From: Flaccisagitta enflata
Lineage: Eukaryota
NCBI GenBank assembly: GCA_965153355.1
Contig: OZ231126.1
Coordinates: 8,990,001 to 9,054,000 of the forward strand
Direction of reading: 5' to 3'
DNA length: 64,000 nt
Below, in pieces: positions 61,742-64,000 of this stretch. The position numbers and the translations under genes were made by a program. Numbering within the stretch: the first letter of the stretch is position 1; every line of letters starts with the position of its first letter. The notes below the pieces were generated by a model, which did not search any database, had not been told where the DNA came from, and worked only from the letters and a program-made list of their open reading frames with translations.

Positions 61742-63383
61742 GTAATGATAGGAGTACATTGGAAAGAAGATAACGATGATGATGATGATGATGATGATGA
61801 GGACGTTGATTGTGTAAAGAAGAAGAATGACGAGGAGTAGCATAAAGAATTGAGAAGGAGTATGAGAAATTGATGGGAAGTATGATGATGAATGGATGAT
61901 GATGAATGATGAATTGATGATGTTCATAATGATGATAAATGAAGATATGATTTAGAAGTAGGATGAATGATGGATGTAGAATTGATGAGGAGGAGGAGGA
62001 AGTGTGAAGAATTGATAACGATGATGGATGTTGAGTTGATGAGTAGGAGGAAGAGGATGTGTGTAGAATTGAAAAGGATGATAAATGAATATTTGATGAG
62101 GAGGATGAAGAGGATGGAGGAAGAAATGATGAATGTAGATGAAAAGTTGATGAGGAGGAGGGGGAAAGAATTGCATTAAGGGCCATGGGCCTTAGGAGAT
62201 TGAGCGCGAGAGCACCTCCAGACCCCATGGATGCAGAATTCTGAATCCATGGTCACCACTACCTATGAAATCACTCCCTCCTCCAACTCTCTCTTGGGTG
62301 TAAGAGGAGGAGGATTTGTGGAGGACCTTTGGAGGACCTCCTCCTCCTCCAACACTTGAGGGCAAATCTGAATTCATCTATCAATATTGACCAAGAAATC
62401 AGTTAAAATTTTTACTTTGAGGTGCTTGGAGGAGGCAATGTGAGCAATGAAACCATGATTTGTTATATCATTTACAGTTGTCAAATCATGATTTTTTGTT
62501 TCTTTCAGAGTTTTCAAATCATGGTTTGGTTAGAATAAATAATTAATTGCTGGAAAGATAGTATGATTTTTTTAATGACTGTATCACTAACTATTATTAT
62601 TGGTTCTTAACTAGTTACTTTAAAGAAGTAATTTTTCATTGAAAAAAGAAATAAATGATATTTAGTATCTGTTATATCCTTATAAATTTAACCTTGTAGA
62701 AAAGTGTTGAGTAAGAATGTTTTCCAACTTAAAAAGTTTGAAATGTGTCTATACGGTTTTTATTATCCTCAAAAAAATTTTGTTTAATAATCAGCTTATT
62801 GATGTTTGGAAAAAAGTCGAATTATGTAATTTTACTTTTTGAAAGGTAGGGGATAATAAATTTTTCTATTTTCAGTTATAGACAATTTTAGAAAGTTGTG
62901 CCATTTTGGGGCTGGGAGTGTACATTTTTTGATATTCATGAGAAGAAAGAGCTTATTTATCTCTTTCAAATGGCGCCAACCAGAAGTCAATTTTTAACCT
63001 ATAGGTAACAATAGTAATGAAAAAAGATGTTACGCATATTGACTTAAACTTTTATGACGCTAGCTTTGATATTTCAATCTGCTTGAGAGAGAGAAGTAAC
63101 ATTTGATGAAGTTGTGTCCGGTGGTTTCCATGGCATTGTACTCCTTGATTTCTTTTGTAAACAAAGTTCCCCATGAGTTATTAAGAAAATTATGAATAGA
63201 AAAGTCCGCTGAAAAATAGAAAGAAAAAGAGCACGAAAAAAGCTTGCCGTAAGAACCGTCAAAAATTATTTTTCATCTATTCTTCCGTCTGAAAATTAAA
63301 AAACCGCTTGACCAAAACATTTCTGGAAGTGTAGGGTAATACCCCAAAACTAAGCTCTTGTAGTGAAGTGATTTCCTGCTCGT

Positions 63384-63486
<103 letters not shown>

Positions 63487-64000
63487 GAGCGAGAGAGAGC
63501 GAGAGAGAGAGAGAGCGAGAGCGAGAGAGAGAGAGCGAGCGAGAGAGAGAAGCGCGAGAGCGAGCAGAGAGAGAGCGAGCGAGAGAGGAGAGAGACAAAC
63601 ACTCACTCACTCAAAGACCAAGAGGAAAAAAAGACAGAGAGACAGATGTTGAATAACAAAAACAGACAAGCAGTCAACCAAATGTCATGAGATGCTCACA
63701 CTGAAGAACATGGGGTGTATTTCCCCACAGCAAAAGCGCCCAACAGCTAAAATTTTATCATGACAGATTGGCCCAAGAGCTAAAAATTTCTTTTAGCTGT
63801 GCAGCCAATTTTGAGCTTTTTATTTCTAAAGTTTTTATCAGAAAAAGTGGTCTAACTTCTAAAATTTCTATCTGTGATTGGCCTAAGTTCTAAAAAAAAA
63901 AAGAGGGAAGAAGAGAATAATAAAAGAGAACAAAAAAAGGTCTAAAGCCCCTTTTGAAACATCATCGCTTTACACATGTTTTATTCAGTGATACTATTCT

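Overview
Intron-containing, microsatellite- and MITE-rich animal DNA, probably a protostome invertebrate; the species cannot be determined from the sequence. Five spliced genes can be built by hand with GT-AG sites and consistent phases. (1) The last two exons of a muscarinic B-type/GAR-2-like GPCR (+, 2139-4524). (2) An EF-hand LPCAT1/2-type lysophospholipid acyltransferase (-, 25087-37273). (3) ZFYVE19/ANCHR (-, 38714-40746). (4) The mitochondrial i-AAA protease YME1L (+, 43599-54870). (5) A BTBD1/2-type BTB-BACK-PHR gene (+, from 55325, running out of the window). The region 5-25 kb holds non-autonomous DNA transposons (TA-TSD and 8-bp-TSD MITEs, DINE-1/HINE-like elements), and I found no transposase ORF there. 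The main finding is that the LPCAT gene carries three intact, strongly diverged, phase-matched copies of the segment encoding the catalytic HxxxxD motif and motif II. They lie in tandem between shared exons and look like mutually exclusive active-site cassettes; two of them are split by introns at different positions. Secondary findings are tandem micro-duplications sitting on start, stop and splice boundaries, a mirror-image CCAAT/GACTGG bidirectional promoter, and a speculative operon/trans-splicing-like layout.
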